From: an uncultured delta proteobacterium
GTDB lineage: Bacteria; Myxococcota; Myxococcia; SLRQ01
DNA: 64,000 nt
Assembly (NCBI GenBank): GCA_963727485.1
Contig: CAVSGM010000002.1
Location: 1,248,001-1,312,000 of the forward strand
Direction of reading: 5' to 3'
Below the pieces are notes generated by a model. That model searched no databases and was not told the DNA's origin. It saw only the letters and a list, made by a program, of their open reading frames with translations. The position numbers and the translations under genes were made by a program. Below are positions 19,038 to 29,526 of the stretch, one piece after another; the first letter of the stretch is position 1; each line of letters starts with the position of its first letter.

Positions 19038-20881
19038 CAGCGGTCTCCCAGGGCCCGGTCGGTCTCGGGGCCGAGGCGGGCGAAGAGGTCCCGGGCGCCC
19101 TGGTCGGGGACCCGGACCTCGAGGATCGTGGCGCCGGTGGAGGACAGGGCCGCGGCCAGGGCCGCGGCCAGGGCGGCGCCGTCCTCGACCCGGACGTGGG
19201 CGAGGCCGAAGAGCGCGGCGGCGGCGTCGAAGTGGCGGCCGTGGGGCATGATCAGGTGGGGGCCGAGGGCGGCGGCGGCCTCGGGGCGGCCGGCGACCGG
19301 GAGCTGCTCGAAGATCCGCCCGCCGTCGTTGTGGACGACCACGAGGGCCAGGGCCGCCGGAAGGTCGGCGCAGCAGGCGAGGCCCCCGAGATCGTGGAGG
19401 AGGCTCTGGTCCCCGAGGAGCAGCGCGGTGGGCCGGCCGGTGGCCCGGGCCACCCCGGCGGCGCCGGCGACCAGGCCGTCGATGCCGTTGGCCCCGCGCT
19501 GGTGGAGGACCTGGATCGCCTCGCCCTCGAAGGCGAAGGCGTCGAGGGTGCGGATGGGGAGGCTGTTGCCCACCACCAGGCGCCCGCCGGCGGGGACGGC
19601 GCGGGCGGTGGCCCGAGCCACGGCGGCCTCGGTGAGGGGGCCGGCGGTCGCGGTGTCGGGATCGTCGGCGGCGAGGGCCCCGGCGACCGCCCGGGCGGCG
19701 GCGCCGGCCTCGGCCCAGGCCCGCGCCCAGGGATCGCCCTCGGGGCCGGCGGCCAGCCCCATCGTCTCCAGGGCCCGGGCCACGGCCCGGGCGGTGAGGG
19801 CGAGGTCCCCGTGGAGCACCGCCTCGGCGGTGTTCTCCGGGTCGGGCCACCCGGCGCGGGTGAGGACCCACCGAGACGCCCCCGGGTGCCGCGCCAGGTA
19901 GCGCGACCAGGTGCTCGAGACCGGCGGGGCCCCGAGCTGGATCACCAGGTCGGGCCCGTGGGCCGCGGAAAAGCCCGGGGCCCGGAGCAGCGCCTCGGCG
20001 GCGTCCACCCGGCCGGGGATCTCCACCCCGAAGCGCAGCTGGCTGGTGGCGTCGGCGAGGAGGGGGAAGCCGGTGGCCCGGGCGAGGGCGGCGGCGGCCT
20101 CCTGGAGCTCGGCGACCGCGGGCCCGGCGTCGCCGCCGGGGGCCAGGGCCCAGGGCCCCACCGGCCCGGCGACGATGAGGCCCCGCTCGGCCCGGCGGCA
20201 GGCGGCGGCGAGGGCGGCCACCCCCTCGGGGGCGGGCATCCGCCGGGCGGGGAAGGCCCAGGGCAGCCCGGCGTCGAGGATGGCGGCGGCCCGGGCGGCC
20301 ACCGCGGCGTCGTCGGCCCGGTCGGCCTCGGGGACGTCCACCGGCTCCAGGGGCTTGGCGAAGGGCGCGTCGAGGTGCACGGGACCGGGGACCTCGCCTC
20401 TGGCGGCGAACACCGCCCGGGCGATCCCGTGGCGCAGGCCCGTCAGGCCCGCCTCGCTCCCGTCGGGGAGGCCGAGGTCGAGGTAGAGGCGCACCGCCGA
20501 CCCGAAGAGCTTCTCCTGGTCGATGGTCTGGGGCGCCCCCCGCGCCCGCAGGGCGTAGGGCCGGTCGGCGGTGAGGACCACCAGGGGGATGGCGGCGAGG
20601 TCCGCCTCGATCACCGCCGGGTGGTAGTGGGCGGCGGCGGTCCCGGAGGTGCACACCACCGCCGCGGGCCTGCCGGTGGCCCGGGCCAGCCCCAGGGCGA
20701 GAAACCCGGCGGCGCGCTCGTCGAGGACGTCGTGGAGGAGAAGCCCCTCGGTCTCGGCGGCGGCGAGGACCAGGGGCGTCGACCGGCTCCCGGCGCTGAC
20801 CACCAGGTGGTGCACCCCGGCGTCGGCGAGGCACTGGAGCATCAGGCGCGACCAGGCCAGGTGGACGTTTGGCGCGGTCAC
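19037..20881 (-). CDS. menD: SEPHCHC synthase (ThDP-dependent)
   Basis: [40 protein letters not shown]...HDLGGL...NDGGRIF. Confidence 0.95.
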   Translation of the reverse strand: MTAPNVHLAWSRLMLQCLADAGVHHLVVSAGSRSTPLVLAAAETEGLLLHDVLDERAAGFLALGLARATGRPAAVVCTSGTAAAHYHPAVIEADLAAIPLVVLTADRPYALRARGAPQTIDQEKLFGSAVRLYLDLGLPDGSEAGLTGLRHGIARAVFAARGEVPGPVHLDAPFAKPLEPVDVPEADRADDAAVAARAAAILDAGLPWAFPARRMPAPEGVAALAAACRRAERGLIVAGPVGPWALAPGGDAGPAVAELQEAAAALARATGFPLLADATSQLRFGVEIPGRVDAAEALLRAPGFSAAHGPDLVIQLGAPPVSSTWSRYLARHPGASRWVLTRAGWPDPENTAEAVLHGDLALTARAVARALETMGLAAGPEGDPWARAWAEAGAAARAVAGALAADDPDTATAGPLTEAAVARATARAVPAGGRLVVGNSLPIRTLDAFAFEGEAIQVLHQRGANGIDGLVAGAAGVARATGRPTALLLGDQSLLHDLGGLACCADLPAALALVVVHNDGGRIFEQLPVAGRPEAAAALGPHLIMPHGRHFDAAAALFGLAHVRVEDGAALAAALAAALSSTGATILEVRVPDQGARDLFARLGPETDRALGDR

Positions 20882-22257
20882 GCGACGATCCCCAGCGCCC
20901 GGAGGATGGAGCGCTGCTTCACCGAGGTCTCGGCGTACTCGGCGGCGGGGTCGGACGCGGCGACGATCCCGGCGCCGGCGTAGACGTGGGCGCGCCGGGC
21001 CTCGAGGACCCCGGACCGGATGGCCACGGCGAACTCCCCGTCGCCCCCGGCGTCGAACCACCCCACCGGCCCGGCGTACCACCCCCGGGGGTCGGGCTCG
21101 TGGGCGGCGATCCAGGCCACCGAGTCCTTCCGGGGCACCCCCCCCACCGCCGGGGTCGGGTGGACCGCGGCGACGAGGTCGAGGACGTGGACCGCCTCCC
21201 GGAGCACCCCGGTGAGCGGGGTGTGCAGGTGCATCACGTGGCGCAAGGTGAGCACCCGCGGGGCCCGCGGGACGGTGAGCGCCGTGCACCGGGCCCCGAG
21301 GACCTCGGCCAGGGCGTCGACGACGATGCGCTGCTCGCCCCGGTCCTTCTCGCTGCCGAGGAGGGCGGCCATGGCCTGCTCCTTGGCCCCGGGGCTCCCG
21401 GGGGGCACGGCGATGGAGCCGGCCAACGCGTCGGCGTCGACCCGGCTCCCCTGGCGGGCGATGAGGCGCTCGGGGGTGGCGCCGAGGAAGGTCGCGCCGC
21501 CCTGGCGGAAGGCGAAGCGGAAGCAGTCCGGGTGCTCGGCGGCGAGCCGCCCCAGGACGTCGGCGGGGGCCACCTCCACCGGGAGCGCCACCTCGCCCTT
21601 GAGGGCGGCGACGATCTTGGTGAAGCGCCCGGCGGCGATCTCGGCGCGGATGCCCTCGACCAGCTCGGCGAAGACCTCGGGGCCCGGGCGCCTCACCTCG
21701 GCCTCCCAGATCCCGTGGGGGGGCACCGGGCGGTCGGCCTCGAGGGCGGCGAGGAGGGCGTCCGCCTCGGCGAGGATCGCCGCCCGGTCCACGGTGGCGT
21801 CGAAGGCGAGCGAGAGGAAGGCGTGGCTGCGGGTGCGGTGGTAGCGCCACCTTGGGAGGACGAAGAGCCCGTCGCCGAAGCCGGTCCAGGGGGCGGCGTC
21901 GGCGCTCCCCGGGGCGAAGGCGAGGCCCCCGAAGAGGCGCGGGGCCGGGGCGTCGCCGAGGCGCCAGAGCTCGAGGCGGTCGAAGAGGGCCGCCGCCTGG
22001 GCCCGGAGGTCGTCGATGCGGCCTTTGCCGGAGACGGTGAGCCGCGCCGCCTCCCCGAGGCCCGCCGACGCCGGGCCCGACGGCGGATCCCAGAGGATCG
22101 CCGGGGCGCCGGGGCGCAGGTGGAGCAGGGTCTCGAGGTGGGCGAGCGGCGCCGGGACGCTCACCACCCGCAGGGCCCCCTGGGGAAGCGGCGCCTCGAG
22201 GGCCCGGGCGAGAACGCCCAGGGGCGCCTCGTCGCGGCGGGGCTCGGGGGCGGTCAT
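20878..22257 (-). CDS. menF: Isochorismate synthase
   Basis: FLGATPERL, ALAGS, HPTPAVGG, RGWYAGPVGW, AIRSG, YAGAGIV. Confidence 0.92.
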   Translation of the reverse strand: MTAPEPRRDEAPLGVLARALEAPLPQGALRVVSVPAPLAHLETLLHLRPGAPAILWDPPSGPASAGLGEAARLTVSGKGRIDDLRAQAAALFDRLELWRLGDAPAPRLFGGLAFAPGSADAAPWTGFGDGLFVLPRWRYHRTRSHAFLSLAFDATVDRAAILAEADALLAALEADRPVPPHGIWEAEVRRPGPEVFAELVEGIRAEIAAGRFTKIVAALKGEVALPVEVAPADVLGRLAAEHPDCFRFAFRQGGATFLGATPERLIARQGSRVDADALAGSIAVPPGSPGAKEQAMAALLGSEKDRGEQRIVVDALAEVLGARCTALTVPRAPRVLTLRHVMHLHTPLTGVLREAVHVLDLVAAVHPTPAVGGVPRKDSVAWIAAHEPDPRGWYAGPVGWFDAGGDGEFAVAIRSGVLEARRAHVYAGAGIVAASDPAAEYAETSVKQRSILRALGIVA

Positions 22258-23006
22258 GCCGGCGCCCCCCCGGCGGCCGGCGTCCCCACGTAGAGGGTGC
22301 AGGCGCCGAAGGTCAGGGGCCGCACCGCCAACACCTCGAGCCCCGCCTCGGCCATGATCCCGGCGAAGGTCTCGGGGGCGGGGAAGCGGGCGATGGAGTC
22401 CTGGAGGTACTGGTACTCCCGGCGGCTGACCAGCAGCCCCCCGATCCGCGGGACCACCGAGTGGACCCAGAGGCGCGCCAGCGGCCCGAGGATCCCGGCC
22501 CGGGGCTCCCCGAGCTCGAGGATCGCCACCCGGCCGCCAGGACGGCACACCCGCGCCATCTCCCGGAGGGCGGCGGGGCGGTCGGGGACGTTGCGGATCC
22601 CGAAGGCGATGGTGACCCCGTCGAAGCGATCGGCGTCGTAGGGGAGCTTCTGGGCGTCGCCCTCGACGAGGCGCACCCGGCCGGCGAGGCCCGCGGCCTC
22701 GACCTTGCGCCGGCCCACCGCGAGCATCCCCCCCGAGGGATCGAGGCCCTCGACCCGCGACGACGGTTGACGGCGGGCGATGTCCAGGGCGAGGTCGCCG
22801 GTGCCGGTGGCGAGGTCGAGGACCTCGGCGCCGTCCTTGAGCTCCAGGGCGGCCACCGCGCGCCGGCGCCACCCCTTGTCGATCCCGAAGGAGAGGATGC
22901 GGTTGAGCAGGTCGTAGCGGTGGGCGATGCGGTCGAACATCTGGCCGCTCCCCGGCGCGGGGAGAGCGGCCTCCCGGCGATCGAGGGCCTTCTGGTCGCT
23001 GGTCAT
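22254..23006 (-). CDS. menG: Demethylmenaquinone methyltransferase (UbiE/MenG)
   Basis: MFDRIAHRYDLLNRILSFGID, LDLATGTGD, FGIRNV, YQYLQDSI. Confidence 0.93.
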   Translation of the reverse strand: MTSDQKALDRREAALPAPGSGQMFDRIAHRYDLLNRILSFGIDKGWRRRAVAALELKDGAEVLDLATGTGDLALDIARRQPSSRVEGLDPSGGMLAVGRRKVEAAGLAGRVRLVEGDAQKLPYDADRFDGVTIAFGIRNVPDRPAALREMARVCRPGGRVAILELGEPRAGILGPLARLWVHSVVPRIGGLLVSRREYQYLQDSIARFPAPETFAGIMAEAGLEVLAVRPLTFGACTLYVGTPAAGGAPA

Positions 23007-24025
23007 CGGGCGCCTCCGGCGGCCTGCCGCGGGGTGGCGGGGGCGGGGTCGAGGCTCCCCACCAGGGCCTCGAAGGCGTCGAGGGTCAGCGCCTGGGGGC
23101 CGTCGGAGAGGGCGGCGCCCGGGTCGGCGTGGACCTCGATGAGCAGGCCCGCGGCCCCGGCGGCGACGGCGGCCCGGGCCAGCGGCGCCACCAGGTCCCG
23201 GCGCCCGGCGCCGTGGGAGGGATTGGCGACGACCGGGAGGCCGTGGACCTCGGAGAGCAGCGCCACCGCCCCGAGATCGAGGACGTTCCGGGTCTCGGGG
23301 TCGAAGGAGCGGATGCCCCGCTCGCAGAAGATCACCGCCGGGCACCCGTGGAGGCGCAGGTACTCGCCGGCGAGCAGCCACTCCTCGACGGTGGCGCTCA
23401 TCCCCCGCTTGAGGAGGACGGGCCTGCCCGCGGCGCCGGCGGCGCGCAGCAGCGGGAAGCTCTGCATGCTCCTCGAGCCAATCTGGATCAGGTCGGCGTG
23501 CTCGGCGACCACCGGGACCTCCTCGGGGCTCATGGCCTCGGTGACCACCCCCAGGCCGTGGCGCAGGGCCGCGCGCTTCATCCACAGGAGGGCCTCGGCC
23601 CCGTGGCCCTGGAAGGCGTAGGGCGAGCTCCTGGGCTTGAAGGCGCCCCCGCGCAGGAGGCCCACCCCGAGGCGGGCGAGCCTGCCGGCGAGGGCGTCCA
23701 CCGAGGCCTCGGACTCCACCGAGCAGGGCCCGGCGAGGAGCACCGGGCGCTCGCCGGCGCCGATCTTCACCGGCCCCACCTCGACCACCTTCGGCTGGGC
23801 GTCGACCAGGGGATGCTGGGAGCCGGGCTGGGCCAGGTCCTCGACCCCGGGGATGGCGAGGACCTTCTCGGGGCTCACCGCGGCGGCGTGGGGCTCGACG
23901 CGGATCTGGGTGCGGTGGAGGCCGTCGGCGCGGACGGTCCACAGGCCCAGCGCCGAGAGGGCCCGGCGGACCGCGTCGGCGTCGGCGCCGGCCTCGACGG
24001 TGACGATCCAGCCGCCGGCGCTCAT
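23003..24025 (-). CDS. aroF: DAHP synthase, type I-beta, with a short N-terminal regulatory-like domain
   Basis: AGPCSVES, RGGAFKPRSSPYAFQG, LLKRG, CERGIR, PSHG, IEVH...ALSDGPQ. Confidence 0.88.
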   Translation of the reverse strand: MSAGGWIVTVEAGADADAVRRALSALGLWTVRADGLHRTQIRVEPHAAAVSPEKVLAIPGVEDLAQPGSQHPLVDAQPKVVEVGPVKIGAGERPVLLAGPCSVESEASVDALAGRLARLGVGLLRGGAFKPRSSPYAFQGHGAEALLWMKRAALRHGLGVVTEAMSPEEVPVVAEHADLIQIGSRSMQSFPLLRAAGAAGRPVLLKRGMSATVEEWLLAGEYLRLHGCPAVIFCERGIRSFDPETRNVLDLGAVALLSEVHGLPVVANPSHGAGRRDLVAPLARAAVAAGAAGLLIEVHADPGAALSDGPQALTLDAFEALVGSLDPAPATPRQAAGGAR

Positions 24026-24987
24026 GACAGCCGCTCCACGGCGAGGTCGGCGACGGCGTGGAGCTGCGCGACCGCCTCGCCCTCCGGGAGGGCGCCCAGG
24101 GCCTCGTGGGCCCGGAGGACCAGGCGCCGGGCGGTGGCGGTGGCGGGCTCGGCGCCGTGGCGCTGGACCAGGAGGAGGGCCTCGGCGAGGTCGCCCTCGG
24201 CCTTGCGGGTGCCGAGGAGCACGTCCTGGAGCATGGCCCCGTCCCGCTGCTCCCGCAGCGCCCCGAGGGCGAGGAGCACCGGGAGGCTGGGGATGCCGGC
24301 GCGCAGGTCGGCGCCGGGCTCCTTGCCCAGGCGGACCTCGGTGGACAGGACGTCGAGGACGTCGTCGGCGACCTGGAAGGCGGTGCCCACCGCCTCGCCG
24401 TAGTCGGCCAGCGCCTTGCGGGTCTGGCGGTCGCCGCCGGCGGTCAGGGCCCCGAGCTCGGCGGCGGCGGAGAAGAGCGCCGCGGTCTTGGCCCGGGCGT
24501 AGACGAAGTAGGCGTCCTCGGTGACGTCGTCGCGCCGGGCGAGCTCGACCTCCATGGCCTCGCCCACCGCCACCCGCTCGGCGGCCGCGGCGAGGACCGC
24601 CATGGCGTCGACCCGCTCGCCCCCGGCGACCAGCGACAGGCACCGCGCCAGGAGCAGGTCCCCGCCGAGGACGGCCTCCTTGGGGCCGAAGCGCTTGTGG
24701 GCGGTGGTCTCGCCCCGGCGGAGGCTGGCGCCGTCGATGAGGTCGTCGTGGAGGAGCGTCGCGGTGTGGAGGTACTCGAGGGCCACCGCGTACCGGCGCC
24801 AGGCGTCGCTCGCCGGGTCCCCGCCGCAGGCGAGCCAGGAGAGGTAGACGATCTGAGGGCGCATCCGCTTGCCCCCGGCCTCGAGGGCGGTGCGGGCGAC
24901 CTCCCGGAGGACGCCCGGGGCGGGGCCGATATCGTCGAGGAGGCCCGACTCGAAGTCGTGGAGCGCGGTCTCTTGGGTTCCGTTCAC
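24022..24987 (-). CDS. Long-chain polyprenyl diphosphate synthase (menaquinone side chain)
   Basis: GGKRMRP, ATLLHDDLID (small residue five positions before the first DDxxD motif), RRG, KTAALF, FQVADDVLD. Confidence 0.88.
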   Translation of the reverse strand: MNGTQETALHDFESGLLDDIGPAPGVLREVARTALEAGGKRMRPQIVYLSWLACGGDPASDAWRRYAVALEYLHTATLLHDDLIDGASLRRGETTAHKRFGPKEAVLGGDLLLARCLSLVAGGERVDAMAVLAAAAERVAVGEAMEVELARRDDVTEDAYFVYARAKTAALFSAAAELGALTAGGDRQTRKALADYGEAVGTAFQVADDVLDVLSTEVRLGKEPGADLRAGIPSLPVLLALGALREQRDGAMLQDVLLGTRKAEGDLAEALLLVQRHGAEPATATARRLVLRAHEALGALPEGEAVAQLHAVADLAVERLS

Positions 24988-25027
24988 GGCTCGGTACTCG
25001 CTGGCTGGAGGGTTCGCCGAGGGCCCA

Positions 25028-25043
25028 AGCAATGCCTGCGCCA
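25028..25043 (-). promoter_or_regulatory. sigma54 (-24/-12) promoter of the menaquinone operon
   Basis: TGGCGCAGGCATTGCT matches TGGCAC-N5-TTGCW with exact GG-N10-GC spacing, 40 nt upstream of the GTG start. Confidence 0.7.
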
Positions 25044-25129
25044 GCCCGGGCGCAAGGCCGCGCTGGCCGCCTGGGGGGCGGATGCAGCGCGTCATCGCTC
25101 CGTCCGGGCCCGGTGGCCAGGGGCTTGGG

Positions 25130-25169
25130 TGTCAACGTGGGTGACAATCGGCCGTCAACGGCGTGGACA
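25130..25169. promoter_or_regulatory. Tandem enhancer-like palindromes (putative bEBP binding sites)
   Basis: TGTCA-N7-TGACA (25130-25146) and CGTCA-N7-GGACA (25153-25169), about 90-125 bp upstream of the sigma54 element. Confidence 0.55.
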
Positions 25170-25444
25170 GCTGGCGGCCACGCGCCCGGTCGCGCTCAGC
25201 CCTGGAAGGTCACCTTCGCCCCGTGATAGCCGGCGCGGGCGACGATCCGGGTGCTGCCGCCGGGCCCCCGGGTGAGGCGGACCTCGGCGAGGGCCCCGGC
25301 GGGCGCCCGGGCCAGCCGGAAGAGGAGCGCCGCCCTCCTCCAGGGTGCGATCGATGCCTACGATCCAACCCGGGGGAGACGCGCCTGGATGCCGGGCGGT
25401 CGCGAGCCAGGGGGGGCGGCGCGGGGGAATCGTGTTCGACCCGG

Positions 25445-25495
25445 TTGCATCCATGGGTCGGCGTCCTATAGTCTTTGCACAACGTTCTAAACACA
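25445..25495 (+). promoter_or_regulatory. Putative sigma70 promoter of crtI followed by CarH-like TnnACA boxes
   Basis: TTGCAT-N16-TATAGT, then TGCACA (25476) and TAAACA (25488) in an AT-rich island. Confidence 0.45.
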
Positions 25496-25518
25496 TAGAA
25501 CCAACCCAGGAGCAGACC

Positions 25519-27105
25519 ATGACCGCGCCCCGCGCCACCGTCCCCGCCCCCTCCGGGACCGCCCGTCCCCAGGCGGGGCCCACCCCCGTGCCCGGTGGCG
25601 GCGATCCGCGCCCCCACGCCGTGGTCATCGGCAGCGGCTTCGGGGGACTGGCCGCGGCGGTGCGCCTCGGGGCCCGGGGCTACCGGGTCACCGTCCTCGA
25701 GGCCCGGGACGCCCCCGGGGGCCGGGCCTACGTCTACAAGCAGGACGGGTTCACCTTCGACGGCGGCCCCACGGTGCTCACCGCCCCGTTCCTCTTCGAG
25801 GAGCTGTGGCAGCTCGCCGGCCGGCGCCTCGCCGACGACGTCACCCTCCTCCCGGTGGACCCCTTCTACCGGGTGCGCTTCCACGACGGCGCGGTCTTCG
25901 ACTACGTCGCCGACGACGACGGGCTGCGCCGGGAGATCGCCCGCTTCGCCCCCGGCGACGTCGACGGCTGGACCGACCTGGTGGAGATGAGCCGGCGCAT
26001 CTTCGACGTGGGCTTCACCAGGCTCGCCGACGCGCCCTTCTCCAAGGTCTCCGACATGCTGCGCATCGTCCCGACGATGATGCGCCTGAAGAGCTACCGC
26101 ACCGTCCACGGGCTGGTGTCGAGCTACGTGAAGGACGCGCGCCTGCGACAGGTGCTCTCCTTCCATCCCCTGCTCATCGGCGGGAACCCCTTCACCACCA
26201 CCTCCATCTACGCCCTCATCGAGTTCCTCGAGCGCCACTGGGGCGTCTGGTACCCCAAGGGGGGCACCGGGGCGCTCGTCGACGGCCTGGTGGACCTCGT
26301 CCGCGGCCAGGGGGGCGAGGTGCGCCTCGACGCGCCGGTGGCCCGCATCCTCACCCAGGGCGGCCGGGCCATCGGGGTGCGCCTGGACAGCGGCACCGAG
26401 CTCGCCGCCGAGGTGGTGGTCTCCAACGCCGACTCGGCCTTCACCTACACCCGCCTCCTCGGCCCCGAGGCGCGCCGCCGGTGGACCGACGCCCGCCTTC
26501 AGAAGGCCCGGTACTCCATGAGCCTCTTCGTCTGGTACTTCGGGACGAAGCGCCGCTACGAGGACGTGGCCCACCACACCATCCTCCTCGGGCCCCGCTA
26601 CCGGGGCCTCCTCGACGACATCTTCGAGAAGAAGGTCCTCGCCGACGACTTCAGCCTCTACCTCCACCGGCCCACCGCCACCGACCCGGCGCTGGCCCCC
26701 GACGGCTGCGACGGCTTCTACGTCCTCTCGCCGGTGCCCCACCTCGGCGGCGGCCAGGACTGGACGACACTCGCCGAGCCCTACCGCCGGAGGATCGCCC
26801 GCTACCTCTCGGAGACCGTGCTCCCGGGCCTCGAGGACGAGGTGGTCACCTCGCGTCTGCTCACCCCCCTGGGGTTCCGGGACGAGCTGCGCAGCGTGAA
26901 CGGCGCCGCCTTCGGCCTGGAGCCGGTGCTCACCCAGAGCGCCTGGTTCCGTCCCCACAACGTCTCCGAGGAGGTGGAGGGCCTCTACCTGGTGGGCGCC
27001 GGGACCCACCCCGGCGCCGGGATGCCCGGCGTCCTCTCCTCGGCCAAGATCCTCGACCGGGTGGTGCCCCATGCACGCGACCTCCCTCGTACCCGCGCCC
27101 TCTGA
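25519..27105 (+). CDS. crtI: Phytoene desaturase
   Basis: VIGSGFGGLAAA, GGRAYVY...FTFDGGPTV, SFHPLLIGGNPF, TQSAWFRPHN, VGAGTHPGAGMPGV; AGGAG RBS. Confidence 0.95.
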   Translation: MTAPRATVPAPSGTARPQAGPTPVPGGGDPRPHAVVIGSGFGGLAAAVRLGARGYRVTVLEARDAPGGRAYVYKQDGFTFDGGPTVLTAPFLFEELWQLAGRRLADDVTLLPVDPFYRVRFHDGAVFDYVADDDGLRREIARFAPGDVDGWTDLVEMSRRIFDVGFTRLADAPFSKVSDMLRIVPTMMRLKSYRTVHGLVSSYVKDARLRQVLSFHPLLIGGNPFTTTSIYALIEFLERHWGVWYPKGGTGALVDGLVDLVRGQGGEVRLDAPVARILTQGGRAIGVRLDSGTELAAEVVVSNADSAFTYTRLLGPEARRRWTDARLQKARYSMSLFVWYFGTKRRYEDVAHHTILLGPRYRGLLDDIFEKKVLADDFSLYLHRPTATDPALAPDGCDGFYVLSPVPHLGGGQDWTTLAEPYRRRIARYLSETVLPGLEDEVVTSRLLTPLGFRDELRSVNGAAFGLEPVLTQSAWFRPHNVSEEVEGLYLVGAGTHPGAGMPGVLSSAKILDRVVPHARDLPRTRAL

Positions 27106-28102
27106 GGCGCTCGTCCGCCCGGACGCCGACGACCTGGTCGCCTGCCGGGAGATCCTCCGGGTCGGCTCCAAGAGCTTCTCGGCGGCCGCAAGGCTCCTGC
27201 CCAGGCGGCTGCGGGCCCCGGCGGCGGCGATCTACGCCTTCTGCCGGGTCGCCGACGACGCGGTGGACGCCGACGTCCACGGGGCCCTCGGGGGCGCCGG
27301 CCAGACCTTCGGCCCCGCCCCCGCCGCCCCGGCCCTGCCCCCGCTCTCGGCCCGGGCGCGCCTGGCCCTCCTCGACCGGCGCCTCGACGCCATCTTCGCG
27401 GGCACCCCCCGCCCGGACCCGGTGGACCGGGCCTTCGCCGAGGTGGTCGCCGCCACCTCGCTCCCCCGGGCGGTCCCCGACGCCCTCCTCGAGGGCTTCC
27501 TCTGGGACGTCGAGGGCCGGCGCTACGACGAGCTGACCCAGGTGGTCGCCTACGCGGTGCGCGCCGCCGGCACCGTGGGGGTGATGATCGCCCGGCTCCT
27601 CGGCGTCACCGACCCGGTGGTCCTGGCCCGGGCGGTGGACCTGGGCGTCGCCATGCAGCTGACCAACATCGCCCGGGACGTGGGCGAGGACGCCCGGGCC
27701 GGGCGGCTCTACCTGCCCCGGGCGTGGCTGGTCGCCGAGGGGGTCTGTCCCGAGGCCTTCCTCGCCGATCCCCGCCCGGACCCGGGGGTGGCCCGGGTGG
27801 TCCTCGCCCTCCTCGACGTCGCCGACGGCCTCTACGCCCGGGCCGACGCCGGGCTCGCCGCCCTCCCGGGGGACGCCCGCCCGGCGATGCGCGCGGCGCG
27901 CCTGGTCTACGCCGACATCGGCACCGTGATCCGCCGCCGGGGCGGGGAGACGGTGGCCCGCCGGGCCATGACCTCGGCGCCCCGGAAGCTCTGGCGCCTC
28001 CTCCAGGCCCTGGGGTCTCGGTTCTGGTCGCCCCGGCCCCTCGGCGACGCGGTGCTCCCCGAGGCGCGGTCGCTGGTGATCGCCGCCGGGACCGCCCGAT
28101 GA
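27071..28102 (+). CDS. crtB: Phytoene synthase
   Basis: GSKSF, YAFCRVADDAVD, AGTVG, LGVAMQLTNIARDVGEDA..GRLYLP. Confidence 0.95.
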   Translation: MHATSLVPAPSEALVRPDADDLVACREILRVGSKSFSAAARLLPRRLRAPAAAIYAFCRVADDAVDADVHGALGGAGQTFGPAPAAPALPPLSARARLALLDRRLDAIFAGTPRPDPVDRAFAEVVAATSLPRAVPDALLEGFLWDVEGRRYDELTQVVAYAVRAAGTVGVMIARLLGVTDPVVLARAVDLGVAMQLTNIARDVGEDARAGRLYLPRAWLVAEGVCPEAFLADPRPDPGVARVVLALLDVADGLYARADAGLAALPGDARPAMRAARLVYADIGTVIRRRGGETVARRAMTSAPRKLWRLLQALGSRFWSPRPLGDAVLPEARSLVIAAGTAR

Positions 28103-29526
28103 TGCCCGGCCGCCACGCCGGCGATCCCCTCGACCGGGCCCGGGCGCGGGTCCGGGAGAGCGGGGGTGCCGAGCTCCTCGAGCGCCTCGAGCACCTGGAG
28201 GCGAGCCGGGGCCCGCGCCCGGCCCCCGAGCCCCCGGCCCCCCCGGCCCCGGGCACCCGTCCCGACTACGACGTGGTCCTCGCCGGCGGGGGCCTGTCGA
28301 TCCTCCTGGCACCGGTGCTCGCCGACGCCGGCCTCTCGGTGGCGGTGCTGGAGCGGGGCCGGGCCGGGGTGGTCCACCGGGAGTGGAACGCCAGCCGCCC
28401 CGAGCTCGAGGCCCTCACCCGCGCGGGCCTGTTCACCGAAGCCGAGGTCGACGCGCTGGTGATCGCCCGCTACGACCACGGCGTCTGCCGGTGGCACGGC
28501 GGCGGCGCCTACCCGGTCCGCGGGGTCCTCGACCACGCGGTGGACGCCGGCCGCCTCCTCCCCGAGGTACGGCGCCGGGCCGAGGCCCGGGGGGTCACCT
28601 TCCTCGATCACCACCCGGTGGTCGGCGAGGCCGCCGGGAGGGACGCCCTCGCCGTCTCCGTGGACCTTGGCGGGCGCCGGGAGACGGTCGTCGCCCGGAT
28701 CCTCGTCGACGGCCGGGGCGCGGCGAGCCCCTATGCCACCGCCGACCTCCTCTGCCCCACCGTGGGCGGGGTCCTCGGGTCGGTGGACCAGGACCCGCAG
28801 GTGGGCGACATCCTCGCCACCACCGAGGACGTGGAGGACGGCCGCCAGCACATCTGGGAGGCCTTCCCCGGGCGCCCCGGCGAGACCGCCGTGTACCTGT
28901 TCTACTACGCCCCGGCGGCCCGGGTGCGGCCCGGCGCGCTCCTCTCGCTCTACGCCCGGTTCTTCGAGCGGCGCCCCGGCTACCTCGCCGGCGAGGGGCG
29001 GCTGCTCCGGCCGACCTTCGGCTACATCCCCGGGTGGTCGCGGCTCACCCCGGCGCCGCGGGCCCCGGGCCGCCGGGTGGTCCTGGTGGGCGACGCCGCC
29101 GCCCGCCACTCGCCCCTGACCTACTGCGGCTTCGGGGCCATGCTCCGCTCGCTGGCGCCGGCGTCCGAGGGCATCGCCCGGGCGGTGGACGGCGGGGCGC
29201 GGGGATCGGTGGTCGACGACCGGTCGATCCACGCGGGCACCGGCGCCCTCTCGGCCCTGATGGCCCGGCCCGACCCCGACCCGGCCCGGGCCGCCGACCT
29301 CAACCGCCTCCTCGACGCCGCCTTCGCCACCCTCCACGACGACCTCGGCCAGGCCGACTACGCGGCGCTCCTCCAGGACCGGATGGACCCGAGGACCTTC
29401 CTGCGCTTCCTCCGCCTCACCGCGGCGAAGCGCCCGGAGGTCTACCGGCAGGTGTTCCGGCGCCTGGGGGCGGCGAAGGTCGCGCGGTGGGGCGCGGGGC
29501 TCGCCCGGGCGGGGATCCGTGGCTGA
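28099..29526 (+). CDS. CruA/CruP-type (FixC-like FAD-dependent) lycopene cyclase
   Basis: DYDVVLAGGG, REWNAS, CPTVG, IWEAFP, YLFYY, FGYIP, GDAAARHSPLTYCGFG; ATG overlaps the crtB stop. Confidence 0.7.
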   Translation: MMPGRHAGDPLDRARARVRESGGAELLERLEHLEASRGPRPAPEPPAPPAPGTRPDYDVVLAGGGLSILLAPVLADAGLSVAVLERGRAGVVHREWNASRPELEALTRAGLFTEAEVDALVIARYDHGVCRWHGGGAYPVRGVLDHAVDAGRLLPEVRRRAEARGVTFLDHHPVVGEAAGRDALAVSVDLGGRRETVVARILVDGRGAASPYATADLLCPTVGGVLGSVDQDPQVGDILATTEDVEDGRQHIWEAFPGRPGETAVYLFYYAPAARVRPGALLSLYARFFERRPGYLAGEGRLLRPTFGYIPGWSRLTPAPRAPGRRVVLVGDAAARHSPLTYCGFGAMLRSLAPASEGIARAVDGGARGSVVDDRSIHAGTGALSALMARPDPDPARAADLNRLLDAAFATLHDDLGQADYAALLQDRMDPRTFLRFLRLTAAKRPEVYRQVFRRLGAAKVARWGAGLARAGIRG

